Assembly: GCA_951406725.2 (NCBI GenBank)
Contig: OX597814.1
Location: 5,394,001-5,458,000 of the forward strand
DNA length: 64,000 nt
Direction of reading: 5' to 3'
Source of the DNA: Octopus vulgaris
Taxonomy: Eukaryota
Made by a program: the position numbers and the translations under genes
Shown here: positions 35,902 to 48,234 of the stretch, one piece after another
How the letters are laid out: each line of letters begins with the position of its first letter
Numbering within the stretch: position 1 is the stretch's first letter
Notes under the pieces: model-generated
What the model was told of the DNA's origin: nothing
Databases searched by the model: none
What the model saw: the letters and a program-made list of their open reading frames with translations, nothing else

Positions 35902-37530
35902 ACTAGCAGAGTTACCTGGCGTTGCCCGAGTTACATACAATTGAAGAATTAGACTTTTTTTCTGTTATATTTTCTGTAATGAACTGGAATATCTATGTTT
36001 CGAATTTCATCAAAATTGCAGATGAGGGTTATTTCCCTCTTTACACACCCTAAAAGAATTGTAATCGTGCCACATGTATCCCATACTATTAATTTTTATG
36101 CACAGATTCCAAAATTCCAGTCTTATACAACCTGTAAAAAGGATTTTGCACCTGAAAAATGGAGGTCATGAAGCTCTAAAATGTGAGAGTTAAGGCCCCT
36201 GTTGGGGGTGGGCATCTTAATGTCAACCAGAGAAGTTGAATTGTTGAGAATCGTTTTAATTTGGGTCTTATATCTATTGTTTGAATTTCTTTGAAATAGG
36301 AAATATATGTTCACTGGGTTTGTAAAAGAGAGCAAAGCTACAGGAAACCAAAAGACGAATGATCACAATAAGCAGTCAGCTACCCTACCCTAGTCGTTAC
36401 CACTCCCAATGTAGGATTCCTCACCACCCAGGTGACAGGCACAGCTGTAAGATGCATTACGAATCTATAGCAATTGGAAGGGCGTGACCCAACTGAAATA
36501 AACATTAACAACTGTGTGACGTGAGGGTTAAGGAGAAATTAAAGTGTCACCTCTGGAGTTTGCAAATGACCACTATACTGATACGTAACTGGACAGAATA
36601 TATATACAATATATAAATGTCTTTGAATAACCAGTCACTCATCTGGGAAGGCCTTGAAATCAATGTTACCATCTGGGGACTATGTGTGACCCAGCGATAA
36701 CAAAAAGACTGAAAGGAGATCTGCAATCAAATAACTTTACTCAACACTTTGCAACTGAATCAGTGAAGGCAAAGATGCCTCTCATTTACTTGACAATTTA
36801 TGCACAACATTGCAGAAATCACAATGTAAGTGTATGTCAAAGCAAACTCTTACACTGTTGTACCATTGAATTACAATTATATTCGTTTTTGCTTAGATAA
36901 AAGGACAAAATTGTAGGTGTTAAGTCCCCATGAAGGGGTCTTCTAGCTTGTAAGAAGATTAAATTTTATAAATATTACTTCATTTGTATCTAATATCTAT
37001 GGTTAAAATTTCATCAACAGCAAAAATATATGAATTGTCATGGGGGTTATGCCCCTTATGCATAGAATATAATTTCCAAATTTCGTAAAGATCCATTCAG
37101 TACTTTTGACTTAGTTTTGAATCATGAAAGAAATTACTAAAATTTGGGAGTCAAGGCCCCCATTAGGGTGTCTTAGAAACCTCATGTGAAGTGGAAACTT
37201 TGAGAATACTTCTTGATGTGTGTCAATTACCCATGGTTAAAATTTCATCAACATTGAAAATTTATGAATTTTCATTGGGGGTGGGGGGTTCTGCCCCCTC
37301 TAAGCCATCTGAAATTTAAACTAAACATATTGCATTATACCCGCCGTTATGCATTGAATCTAAGTTTCAAATATCATAAGGATCCATTCAGTAATTTTGG
37401 TCCAGGAAATTGTATGAAACACACAGCATTACCCTTCTCCCTAAGCTTCAATTTGGCGTTCCAAATTACATAATGATCGGTGCAGCAGTAATACACAAAC
37501 ACATTAAGACATTGTCTTTGATATAATAAA
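35902..37530 (+). mobile_element. Probable non-autonomous Helentron/DINE-1-like (HINE) element
   Basis: Starts ACTAGCAGAGTTACCTGGCGTTGCCCGAG; internal degenerate repeats with aaatttcat motifs; ends agacattgtctttgatatataa. Family assigned by recalled resemblance only. Confidence 0.5.
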
Positions 37531-37590
37531 TATGAATGTACACATATACATACATGTGTATATATATGTGTGTGTGTGTGTGCATGTGTG

Positions 37591-37630
<40 letters not shown>

Positions 37631-37715
37631 AGGAAAAATTTTTTTTTAAATGCAGAATGCTCAAATGAAAGAAAATTTTAATAAAATGAGAAAATGATAA
37701 AATATATAAATATAT

Positions 37716-37760
37716 ATTTATTCAACCGGTTTTCGTCAATGTATGACTTGTCAAGAATAT
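37716..37760 (-). ncRNA. Minimal hammerhead-like motif in the 3' terminal repeat of the Penelope element
   Basis: Minus strand TATTC-TTGACAA-GTCA-TACAT-TGAC-GAAA-ACCGGT-T-GAATA. Confidence 0.55.
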
Positions 37761-38391
37761 TTATGTTTTAAGAAGTTTTTTTAAAAATTAGAAAGGGGAA
37801 AAAAAGAAAATTGCATTGTTTTTTGTAAAAGAATAATGATAAAAATGTACAAAAATTGAAAAATAAGTTCTCCGATACATTGTGAGTTCGTTGTGTATCT
37901 TGAGTTTTATGGTTGTTTACCAAAAAATTACCTTGAGGTGTTAAGATCCAAAGGGATTAAGAGCATGTGATGTGTTGTGTTGTTAAATTCAGCATGTTGC
38001 AGGACAGGAAGTAGTAGTAATTGTGGTCCTGGTTCTTCAGTTCCTGTGTTGTGAGTAAGGGGAGACAACTCTTTTGAGTTCTTCAATAAAACCCAAATTA
38101 TAAAACTATCATTTTAGCTTCATTTGCATTATCTTTTTTATATAATTGCTTGTTAACTTAACTTTCAGATTTTAACACTTTATTTATATTATTTTCTAAT
38201 AATATAAATATGCATAGACAATTGCATTTCAAATTGTCATATCATTTATAATAAAAATGATAGTAATAACAACAATAGTAAAAATGATATTTAAAGAATA
38301 TAAGTTTTAGCTTGAAGTGATGAATGCATGGTATCTTTATATATTTGTGTTAGTCCATCCATGAAGAGTGAGGTAGAGAAAGGAAGTTTGA

Positions 38392-40491
38392 TCAACGAGG
38401 AGTTTGCATATTAAGTTGTGTTTGGAATTTTTCAATAAAGAGATTCTCCTTGTTAATTCTCTCCTGTGTGGTGATCCCGTCTTTACATTGGTAGAAGGGG
38501 AATATATAGAATTTGGGGTTTAAGTCTTTAGCACATGAGTCTAAGTGGTCACTCAGTGGAATTTGTCGGTATTCCGGGAGATTTATTTGTTCTTTATGCA
38601 CCGTTACTCGTTTACGTAACGGGAGACTCGTTTGTCCAACATAATTATGTTGGCAACCAGCGCATGTGAGAACGTAGATAAGGTTCTCGGAGGAACAGGA
38701 GAAGTTAGTCTTGATTTTAAACTTCGTACCTTGTTTGAAGGTAAATTCAGAGCCTTCAAGTAGAAAGGGGCAGGTACCACAGTTTGAGCGTGCACATTTT
38801 TTTACTGTTGGGGGTGGATGTGGTGTGTGAAGTTTGGCATTTGTCAAGAGTTTTTTTAAAGATTTGTGTTGCCTTTTGCATTTGAGGATTTTGTGTGTAT
38901 TTATAATGTTTTTCATTTTTGGGTCTGTTGACAGTAGACTGAGGTTTTGTATGATTGTGGTGTATGCTTCGATATTTTTGGGGTTGTGGGTGGAAATGTA
39001 TGGAAGTATTTTGAGGTTGTGTGTGGTGTTAGGTTGGGTGGTTTTCAGTGTAGTGTTGTCTAGTTCTTTGGCGCGTTTTATTCCATACTCTATAAGGGTG
39101 GAGGGATATTGACGTTGTAATAGTGTTTTTTTGAGGTCTTGAAGGCGTATTTCTCGTGTTTTTGGATCCGAGACAATGGTGCATACCCTTTTAGCTAAAT
39201 TGAAAGGGATATTTGTCTTGGTGTGTTTTGGGTGGCATGAACTAAAGAGGAGGTATTGTTGTGAGTCTGTAGGTTTGTGGTAGATGTCTGTTATGATTTG
39301 GTTCTTAGGTGTTTTTATAATTAGGAGATCAAGGAATGGGAGATGATGTTTGCTTAATTCCATAGTGAATTGGATGTTGGGATGTATGTTGTTTAGTATG
39401 GTTTTGAATTCCAGGAGTTTTTCATAAGGTTCTTTCCATATGATGAAACAATCATCTAAATACCTTTTCCAGTTTTCCATTAGGTAGGTGTGGAAAACAT
39501 GTCCAAATTTCTGGCTTGATATTTCATAGAGTGACAGTTCGAAGTAACCCATTATGAGGTTCGCAAGGACTGGTGCAGCCTTGGTACCCATCGCAATGCC
39601 ACATTTTTTACGGTAGTGTGTGTCGTCGAAGAGAAAAAAATTGTTTGTCAGAATGAACTTAAGAGATTCTGTAATAAAAGACTTGTTAATGCGGTCAGGG
39701 AATGTCTCTGGGTGTTTTTCTAGCCAGAAGTCAATTGCCTCTATACCATACTCATGTGGAATGTTGGTGTAGAGGTTGATGACATCAAAGGATACCAGGA
39801 GTGCCTCCTCGTTAACTGTTTTCGGGAGGTGTTTGAGCATGTCCAGATCATCCCTAATGAAACTTTTGATGTGGGTAAGGAAAGGTTTCAAAAGGATGTC
39901 TAGGAAGTTACTCAGGCGGTGTTTTTCACAGGAGGTACCAGCCACGATGGGCCTTAGTTTTAGGTCCTCCGGTGCTTTGATGTTGATGTGGATGTCAGTG
40001 GAGAGTTTGCAGGCTTCGGTGATGTATTTGTTTTTATGGATTTTAGGAAGGCCATAAAAAAGGCTGGGCTTGCATTTGAAAATGGTGATATAATCCCTTT
40101 CTTTTTCTGTGAGTCCCTGACCGTGTTGGCGTATGAGTGTGGTGAGGTTTCTGATTGTTTTTTGCTGTTTGTAGTTGTTAATAACCTCATAGAAAATGTT
40201 ATTGTTAAGCATGGAGAACACTAGGTGTTTATAAAATTCCGTGTCCATAAGGACCACAGCACTCCCTTTGTCCGCTTCTTTGATGGTGAGGTTTTTATCC
40301 AGTTGTATGTCACGTAGGTTTTCCCATTCTTCCTTACTGAAATTGGATTTTACCTTGGTTTTGCTTGGGGTAAAGGGGAGACTCTGGATGTGTTTACAGA
40401 AATCGTCCAGTGTTTTATTTCTCCCTTTTGGTGGTAGGAAGTTGCTTTTATTTCTGATCAATGAGTCATCCCCATTGTTGATATCTGTCAA
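38392..40491 (-). CDS. Penelope-like reverse transcriptase plus GIY-YIG endonuclease
   Basis: ADKGSAVV, YGLPKIHK, LRPIV, SFDVINLYTNIP, GIAMGT, RYLDD, LPFLD, YHKPTD, Cys linker CARSNCGTC, NLIYVLTC..C.HNYVGQT. Confidence 0.95.
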   Translation of the reverse strand: MTDINNGDDSLIRNKSNFLPPKGRNKTLDDFCKHIQSLPFTPSKTKVKSNFSKEEWENLRDIQLDKNLTIKEADKGSAVVLMDTEFYKHLVFSMLNNNIFYEVINNYKQQKTIRNLTTLIRQHGQGLTEKERDYITIFKCKPSLFYGLPKIHKNKYITEACKLSTDIHINIKAPEDLKLRPIVAGTSCEKHRLSNFLDILLKPFLTHIKSFIRDDLDMLKHLPKTVNEEALLVSFDVINLYTNIPHEYGIEAIDFWLEKHPETFPDRINKSFITESLKFILTNNFFLFDDTHYRKKCGIAMGTKAAPVLANLIMGYFELSLYEISSQKFGHVFHTYLMENWKRYLDDCFIIWKEPYEKLLEFKTILNNIHPNIQFTMELSKHHLPFLDLLIIKTPKNQIITDIYHKPTDSQQYLLFSSCHPKHTKTNIPFNLAKRVCTIVSDPKTREIRLQDLKKTLLQRQYPSTLIEYGIKRAKELDNTTLKTTQPNTTHNLKILPYISTHNPKNIEAYTTIIQNLSLLSTDPKMKNIINTHKILKCKRQHKSLKKLLTNAKLHTPHPPPTVKKCARSNCGTCPFLLEGSEFTFKQGTKFKIKTNFSCSSENLIYVLTCAGCQHNYVGQTSLPLRKRVTVHKEQINLPEYRQIPLSDHLDSCAKDLNPKFYIFPFYQCKDGITTQERINKENLFIEKFQTQLNMQTPR

Positions 40492-41191
40492 AGCTTCTGT
40501 TAGGCGAAGTTTTCTGCAGAATTCAGAAACGTCATCCTTGACCTCCGGGGGTTGGGTGTTCTTGGGGTGGGTGTGAATTTCAAACCTCTTGCTAGGATGT
40601 TGATTTGGGTTGGTGTCAGTGTTTTGCTGGAGAGGTTTATAATTTTTGTTTTCTTATTTTGGGTCTGTGTTAGCGGTGGTGTTTGTATTTTTCCCCTCTG
40701 TCTAAAAAATGGTTGTTGAGGTAAGGGGTGTATTCTTTGTTAAAGTTCTGGTTGTATGTGTAGGAGTGTTTTTGGGTGGGGAGGTTGGAGGGGGTAGGTA
40801 GTTGTCGTATTTGTGTTGGTATGGGATGCGATGGTGTAAGGATTTGTGAGAAATGCGATGGGTTTGTGGGTGTGTGTCTGGTAGATTGTATGGGGGGATG
40901 TAGAGGGGTATGTAGTTGTGGTGATTGGGTTCGTGTGGGATGTGAGGGTTTGGAGATCTGTAGGAGATGTGGTAGGAATGTGGTTGTTGGATGGGTGGAC
41001 TATAGGGGGTTCGTTGGGTGGGTCTTATATGTATCGGTGTGGGTCTTATATGTATCGGTATATATATATATATTGTTGTATTTAGGAATGGTCATTTTGC
41101 CAGTTTAGCCAATAAAAACACACGCACTATATATTTGGTGTTACTTTGCTTCAGTGTTATTTATTTTTTACATTAATCTTAATCTTATTTC

Positions 41192-41236
41192 GGCCAGAGT
41201 TCTTTCATCACACTCCTGTGACCGCATCAGTGGTCC
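41192..41236 (-). ncRNA. Hammerhead-like motif, degenerate core
   Basis: Minus strand GGACCA-CTGATGC-GGTCAC-AGGAGT-GTGAT-GAAA-GAAC-TC-TGGCC. Confidence 0.45.
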
Positions 41237-41555
41237 TTTGTTTTCTTCTTACTTATTTGTGTCTCTCCTTACTAACCGTCAGCCATTTTGTATTTCTATT
41301 GTATGTCTTCATTTGCGCATGCTTATATCTCTATGTGCGTTTATGTTTATTTAGTGTTTGTATGTGGGGGATGCCTGTAATATTTGTATCTTCTGTTTAT
41401 ATATGTTCATGTAATTTGTATTTTGTATTTTTTTTTGTTGTTTTTGTTCTTATTTTGTTCATGTGTTTACATCCACCCATTATTATCATTACATATGCTT
41501 GTATGTATGTATGTATAACAACAATACTAGTAATAATAATAATAAATTGAATCGA

Positions 41556-42759
<1,204 letters not shown>

Positions 42760-43031
42760 GAAGTCGTGTCTCGCCTTTACCTTTGAAACACAGAGTAGAC
42801 AAAACGGGCGGCTGAAGAAGGGGAATTTTCCTTGTGTTGTATGTCTTGTAATCTGTTTTTTTGTTGTTTAAAAAAAAATGTCCGTTTCCTTGGTTTTATT
42901 TTTATGTTTTCGTTTCTCATTGTGTTCGACATTTTTTTGGTGTCCTGTACCCATATATGCATGTATATATACATATAGATGTAGGTACGTACATATATGT
43001 ATATATGCATATGTTTTATTTATTATTTTGT

Positions 43032-43070
<39 letters not shown>

Positions 43071-43287
43071 CACACACGCACAATGCTGCAGTAGGATCAC
43101 GGCCGTAACGACTTTTAAATCGTAAGCGTGATCTGGGCCAAGGCATCAACAACCACCCGCAGCACAACAGCCGAATTTTCCAGCTATGTCATGTTAGCCT
43201 GGTTACGCAGCTATATCCACTCTGCAGGAGATTGCCTAATGAGGGGCAAATGTATACATATACATCTATACACACACACACACACAG

Positions 43288-43319
<32 letters not shown>

Positions 43320-43599
43320 GTGTGGCTGTGTGGTAACAAACTTTGTTCCAAAACACATGGTCCTGGGTTTAAATTTGAATTTAAAATAAAAAGGGTGAGA
43401 AATTGAATATTAATTTGATTAATATGAATTGAAAACCTGTAGTGTAGCATATAAGACCATAGCGGATCTTCTTCTAGCAAAATGGATGTCCACTGTTAAT
43501 GGTTTATCCCTCTTATATAATAGTTTGACTTTAATAGTTTCAGTATTAAAGTGAAAGTATCTGACATTACAGTAGAGATATGATTTTGTTTCACTTTTA

Positions 43600-43953
43600 A
43601 CACATAATACTGAAATAGTGGAGAAGATATGATATTGCTGTGGGCTTGCCCTAGGCAAGAAGTTAGAATTTCTTTTGCCCATAACGTTACATGGACCTTA
43701 AGTAAGGCATGAGTAAAATTTGAATGAAATTGGTTATGTAGTTCTCAAGTTTTAGGGATTCATAGTGGAGAAGATATGATATTGCTGTGGGCTTGCCCTT
43801 CGCAAAAAGTTAAACAATTTTTTTATGCCCATGACACTCCCTGGACACTAAGTAAGGCATGTGTAAAATTTGAATGAAACTAGTTGTGTAGTTTTCAAGT
43901 TTTAAGGATTCACACAGACAGACAGACATTCTCAGTTTTATATATATATAGAT
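43600..43953 (+). mobile_element. HINE/DINE-1-like 3' end with internal tandem duplication of about 148 bp
   Basis: atagtggagaagatatgatattgctgtgggcttgccct at about 43615 and 43762; ends cacagacagacagacattctcagttttatatatatatagat. Confidence 0.5.
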
Positions 43954-44978
43954 AATTAACAGCCAGCAAAGCTTATTAAAGATAGCACCAAGTTTTGTCA
44001 GTGAACAGGTCGCAGTTTTAAAGTGAAGGAAATATTTTGACACAAATGAAATTTAAATGTTGAAGTGAAACTAATGGTTTTTGTGTGTTCTTGAATGGCT
44101 TACAAACATCTTCCATGCTGCAATTGTTTTGTTTCAGCACATGGTCTCAGATCAAGTCACTTGCTATGCAAGTACATCTCTGTAATAGTTAGAAGGTTTA
44201 TTAAAAATAAGTCAGAAAGTTTATTAAAACTAATAACAAGAAGGCTTATTAAAGATAATGAATAGCCAGAAATCTATTAAAAATAATAACGATAGAAGCA
44301 GTATTAATACCAAAATATAATCTTTACGCCTTTCTACTGTAACAAAAAGATGGAGGAAATTTCTGTCCCCTGTAGAACTGTTTGTGAACCTTTTCCTCTT
44401 TGAATCTTTTCTCTTTTCTTTGTTATGAAGGACCACGGTCTGAATTGTCAGGTTTCCTCTCATTCTTCCTTACAATGTCAAAATAATTACCTTGTACTCC
44501 TGTTTGTTCCTGAAATAGTTTTGGACAAACAGGATGTAACAAGAAAAACCCCAAATTCAACATTCTTGATAGACATTTTGACTGCAAACACAAGATCCAA
44601 CAGATCTAACCATGATGGTAACTGGAGAGGAAAAACGGTGGGACTTCAGCTACATGAAGACACCATTACCACATGTTTAACTGCAATGACACCACATTGG
44701 TGGCCATGTAAAGTGTGGGAGGTTTTTCTGCTGCATTCACTCTGTTACCATATTGACATAGGTCTCACATCTCCCAGAAGACAGGAAGGCAATGGATGGA
44801 ATATCTTTGATCTGAGTGACAAAGTAATTTTCCTCATTTCCTTATTACAGAATAGAAATAACTCATTAAATATTTCAAATATTTTGTTTGTTTTTGTTAA
44901 ATTAAATCTATTCTTTTTGCAAAAATGGGAAAATAAAACATAAAAATAATTCTCATTGTTTTTTTCCCCTTTTAAAAG

Positions 44979-45033
44979 AAATTTGATGAATATCTCCTAA
45001 ACAGACAGAAAAATGAAGGACTTCTTCCAAGAG
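44979..45033 (+). CDS. PARP14: PARP14-like short exon, end of macrodomain 2
   Basis: ttttttccccttttaaaag|AAATTT...AGAG|gtaaac; 55 nt, phase 0-1, KFDEYLLNRQKNEGLLPR. Supplies the phase change needed between 29337 and 50475; same size and KFxEY start as 57868-57922. Confidence 0.75.
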
Positions 45034-45109
45034 GTAAACAATTTGTTTGTTAAAATTGAATATTATGGTGCCTTGTCATGTCTTTCTCTGTTAAACATTA
45101 CTGATTATT

Positions 45110-47690
45110 ATTATTACTATTCAGTAGTTTTATTTTTATAGCGTGCTTTCACTTCACTACCGAGTGCAGCTCTGTGTGCTTTGAGTATGTGCTGTGATTT
45201 GTTGTGATGCTCTGATGGTTATTGTATGGAAAGTGTTCTGCATAGGATGTGTGCAGTGCCTAGTAGTGCAATTTTCTGTATGTTATATGTGTTTATAAGT
45301 CCTGGTGTTTTTGTTATGTATTTGTCTGAATATTTTTTTATCATGCCTAATGCACCTACTATGATAGGAATTGTTTCTGTTTTCAGGTTCCACATTCTGG
45401 TTACCTCTATTTCCAGGTCTTTGTATTTTGAGAGTTTCTCCATTTCTTTTAGAGACACGTTGTCATCTGCCGGTATTGATACATCAATTAGAAAGCATTT
45501 TTTTTCTTCATGATCTCTGACAACTATATCTGGTCTGTTGGCCTTAATTTCTCTATCTGTGTGTATCGGCATATCCCAGAGTATGGTTGCTTTCTCGTTT
45601 TCTGTGACCTTTTCTGGTGTGTGCCTATACCATCTTTTTTCTGTTGTTATTCCATAATGTTGGCATAGCTTCCAATGTATGTAGGTTCCAACTCTGTCAT
45701 GTTTGTGAATATATTCCTTCTCAGCCAGGACTGGGCAGCTAGAGATAATATGATTTATTGTTTCTTGTCCATCTCCACATATTCTGCAGTTACTTGTAAT
45801 ATTTCTTTTCATTACATGTTTTTGGTAATTTCTGGTGGGGAGGCTTTGGTCTTGTGCTGCAATTAAAAATCCCTCTGTTTCTGCTTTGAGTCCTGAGCTT
45901 CTCAACCATTGCTGGGATTTTTCTTTGTCTATTTCTTTTGCATTTAGTTTAGTCCAGTATTTGCCACGAATGAGCTTTTCTTGCCATCGTTTTATCATGG
46001 CTCGTTGCTGTTCTATTTTTAGTTTGGATTTCATTTGTTTTATAGCTTTTGTTGTTTCTTCATCATCTTCTTCTTCTTCTTCTTTGTGTTTATTAGGTGG
46101 TATGATTTCTTGTTTGTATTTGTCAGCTTCCTTAAATACTGAGAACAGTTTTTTGTTTTGCTCGTGTTTTGCAGCTATCTGGATCAGTTTTCCTTCCTTC
46201 TGAAGTAGGTATTTTTGCAGTCCTATGGTGGTTATTTTATAGTAGTTTTCCAGCTGTATAAGGCCTCTACCACCTTCTATACGTTGTATATATAGTCTTT
46301 CTATGTCAGATTTTGGGTGATGCATCCTAGATCCTGTCAGTATTTTTCTTGTTTTCCTATCTATTTTGGACAGTTCATTTCGTGTCCAGTTAAGGATATT
46401 GTAGCTGTAACTTATAACTGGGACAGCTAAAGTGTTGATACCTATTATCTTGTTTTTAGCATTGAGCTCTGGTTTTAGTATTGATCTAACTCGTCTATAA
46501 TATTCTTTTTTTATTTTCTCTTTCATTTGTGTGTGTTGTGTTTTATCTAGTTCATGGATTCCTAAGTATTTGTAAGTTTGGCTTTGGTCTAATTCTTTTA
46601 TTTCATTGGTTTTATCTAGTGTGATGTTGTTACTCTTAACTAGTTTTCCTCTTTTCATGGTTACTTTGGCGCATTTTTCTAATCCAAATTTCATATCTAT
46701 TTCTTTGGTAAATCCATGAACTGTCTTTAATAGTGTTTCCAGCTGTTTGTCATTTGCAGCGTATAGTTTTAGGTCATCCATATATAAAAGGTGGCTGATC
46801 GTTTTGCCGTAACATTTATATCCGCATCCAGTTCTATTTAGCATATCAGATAGAGGTGACAGTGCCAAGCAGAAAAGGAGTGGAGAGAGCGTGTCTCCCT
46901 GGAATATTCCTCTTCTAATGGGGATGTCTTTGGTTTTCATGAGTCCCTCTTTTGTTTGGAGGTGTAGGACTGTTTGCCATTTATTCATAGAGTGCTCTAT
47001 GAATTTTATGATTGTTGGTGCTACTTTGTTAATGGCTAGTGTTTCGAGGATCCATGTGTGGGGGATGCTATCAAACGCCTTTTTGTAGTCAATCCAGGCC
47101 ATACTGAGGCCTTTCTTCTTTCTGTGGCTGTCTTCAGTTACGGCTTTATTAATCATTAGTTGATCTTTACAGCCATATGAGCCCTTGCGGCATCCTTTCT
47201 GCTCTTCTGGGAACAGTTTGTTTTCGTCCAGGTGCTTGTTCAGCCTTTGCGATATCACTGCAGTAAATGCCTTGAACATAGTAGGGAGGCAGGTTATTGG
47301 TCTGTAGTTTTCTGGTTTTGTTGTTTCATTTGATTTGGGAATTAAGATGGTTTTCCCCTTCGTGAGCCATTCAGGCATTGTCTCTGGCTCTGCTAGTATG
47401 CTGTTAAAGTTTTCAGCCAGCTTTTTGTGCATTCCTGTTAGATATTTCAACCAGAAGTTGGGGATCTTGTCATGCCCAGGTGCCTTCCAGTTGCTTAGTT
47501 TTTGCAGTGCCTGGGTGACCTCTTCAGTTGTTATGGGGGTCCAAAGTTGTTCAGATGCCGAGTTTGTTATTTTCATACTCCTTTTTTTGGCTGTTCGTTC
47601 GCCGACCATATTTCTTTCCAGAATTCTTCCAATTCTTCTGCCGTTGGTGCTGCAGTGACTTCTATTTTATTTTTGCCCAGTTCTTGGTAT
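45110..47690 (-). mobile_element. R4/Dong-like RLE LINE, 5'-truncated, inserted in TAA repeat
   Basis: Contains the 796-aa ORF; 3' end AATAAAACTACTG(AAT)n; (ATT)n flanks. Confidence 0.92.
45219..47609 (-). CDS. Non-LTR RT plus CCHC zinc knuckle plus restriction-like endonuclease
   Basis: NYRPITCL, IDYKKAFDS, GIFQGDTLSP, LLYMDDL, CRICGDGQETINHIISSC, KHDRV, NRPD..IDVS, EKLSKYKDL. Confidence 0.95.
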   Translation of the reverse strand: MVGERTAKKRSMKITNSASEQLWTPITTEEVTQALQKLSNWKAPGHDKIPNFWLKYLTGMHKKLAENFNSILAEPETMPEWLTKGKTILIPKSNETTKPENYRPITCLPTMFKAFTAVISQRLNKHLDENKLFPEEQKGCRKGSYGCKDQLMINKAVTEDSHRKKKGLSMAWIDYKKAFDSIPHTWILETLAINKVAPTIIKFIEHSMNKWQTVLHLQTKEGLMKTKDIPIRRGIFQGDTLSPLLFCLALSPLSDMLNRTGCGYKCYGKTISHLLYMDDLKLYAANDKQLETLLKTVHGFTKEIDMKFGLEKCAKVTMKRGKLVKSNNITLDKTNEIKELDQSQTYKYLGIHELDKTQHTQMKEKIKKEYYRRVRSILKPELNAKNKIIGINTLAVPVISYSYNILNWTRNELSKIDRKTRKILTGSRMHHPKSDIERLYIQRIEGGRGLIQLENYYKITTIGLQKYLLQKEGKLIQIAAKHEQNKKLFSVFKEADKYKQEIIPPNKHKEEEEEDDEETTKAIKQMKSKLKIEQQRAMIKRWQEKLIRGKYWTKLNAKEIDKEKSQQWLRSSGLKAETEGFLIAAQDQSLPTRNYQKHVMKRNITSNCRICGDGQETINHIISSCPVLAEKEYIHKHDRVGTYIHWKLCQHYGITTEKRWYRHTPEKVTENEKATILWDMPIHTDREIKANRPDIVVRDHEEKKCFLIDVSIPADDNVSLKEMEKLSKYKDLEIEVTRMWNLKTETIPIIVGALGMIKKYSDKYITKTPGLINTYNIQKIALLGTAHILCRTLSIQ

Positions 47691-47756
47691 TATTATTATT
47701 ATTATTATTATTCAGTAGTTTTATTTTTATTATTATTATTATTAGTAGTAGTAGTG

Positions 47757-47816
<60 letters not shown>

Positions 47817-47820
47817 ATAG
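47690..47820. repeat. (ATT)n/(AGT)n microsatellite containing a very short Dong 3' end
   Basis: Direct reading; ttcagtagttttattttta at about 47711-47730. Confidence 0.9.
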
Positions 47821-47824
47821 TGTG

Positions 47825-48030
47825 TTGATCTGGCAGAATCGTTAGCACACTGGATGAAATGCTTAGTGGTATTTTACCAAGTGCTACATTCTGAGTTCAA
47901 ATTCTGCCAAGGTCAGCTTTGTCCTTCATCCTTTCAGGGTCAATAAATTAAGTACCAGTGAAACACTGGGGTCAATGAAATACTCTCCTCCAAAATTTCA
48001 GGCTTTGTGCCTTTAGTAGAAAGGGTTATT
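47825..48030 (+). mobile_element. tRNA-derived SINE
   Basis: ctggcagaatcgttagc...gagttcaaattctgcc...catcctttcagggtcaataaattaagtaccagt...; second copy at 63742-63940. Confidence 0.8.
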
Positions 48031-48234
48031 ATTCTTATATTTTATAAAGATTGACATAACCCCTCATTAAGGACCAGGTGATGCATTGTATTCTTGAGCA
48101 AAACCCTTCACTTCATGTTGCTCCAGTTCACTCAGCTACCAAAACTGAATAATCCTGTGACAGAGAGTGGCCCATCCAGCTGGAGAACTTAAATGCCATG
48201 GAAACTGGCCCCTTTTTACTAGTTTCCTTCCCTA

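Larger units (their letters stand above)
37630..41040 (-). mobile_element. Penelope-like retroelement, nearly intact
   Basis: Contains the 699-aa RT plus GIY-YIG ORF, an upstream frameshifted NLS...LARGLKFTPTP motif, and a 3' region ending at (TA)n. Confidence 0.9.

Noticed and set aside
42775-42830. Possible type II hammerhead (GAAAC...GTA...CTGAAGA)
   Set aside because: No convincing helix I can be formed, and helices II and III are weak.
44425-44943. 172-aa plus-strand ORF
   Set aside because: No recognisable motif or fitting splice sites; probably intronic repeat-derived sequence.
47502-47845. Poly-Y/V/S ORFs (also poly-Y/N at 63434-63809)
   Set aside because: They are translations of trinucleotide microsatellites.
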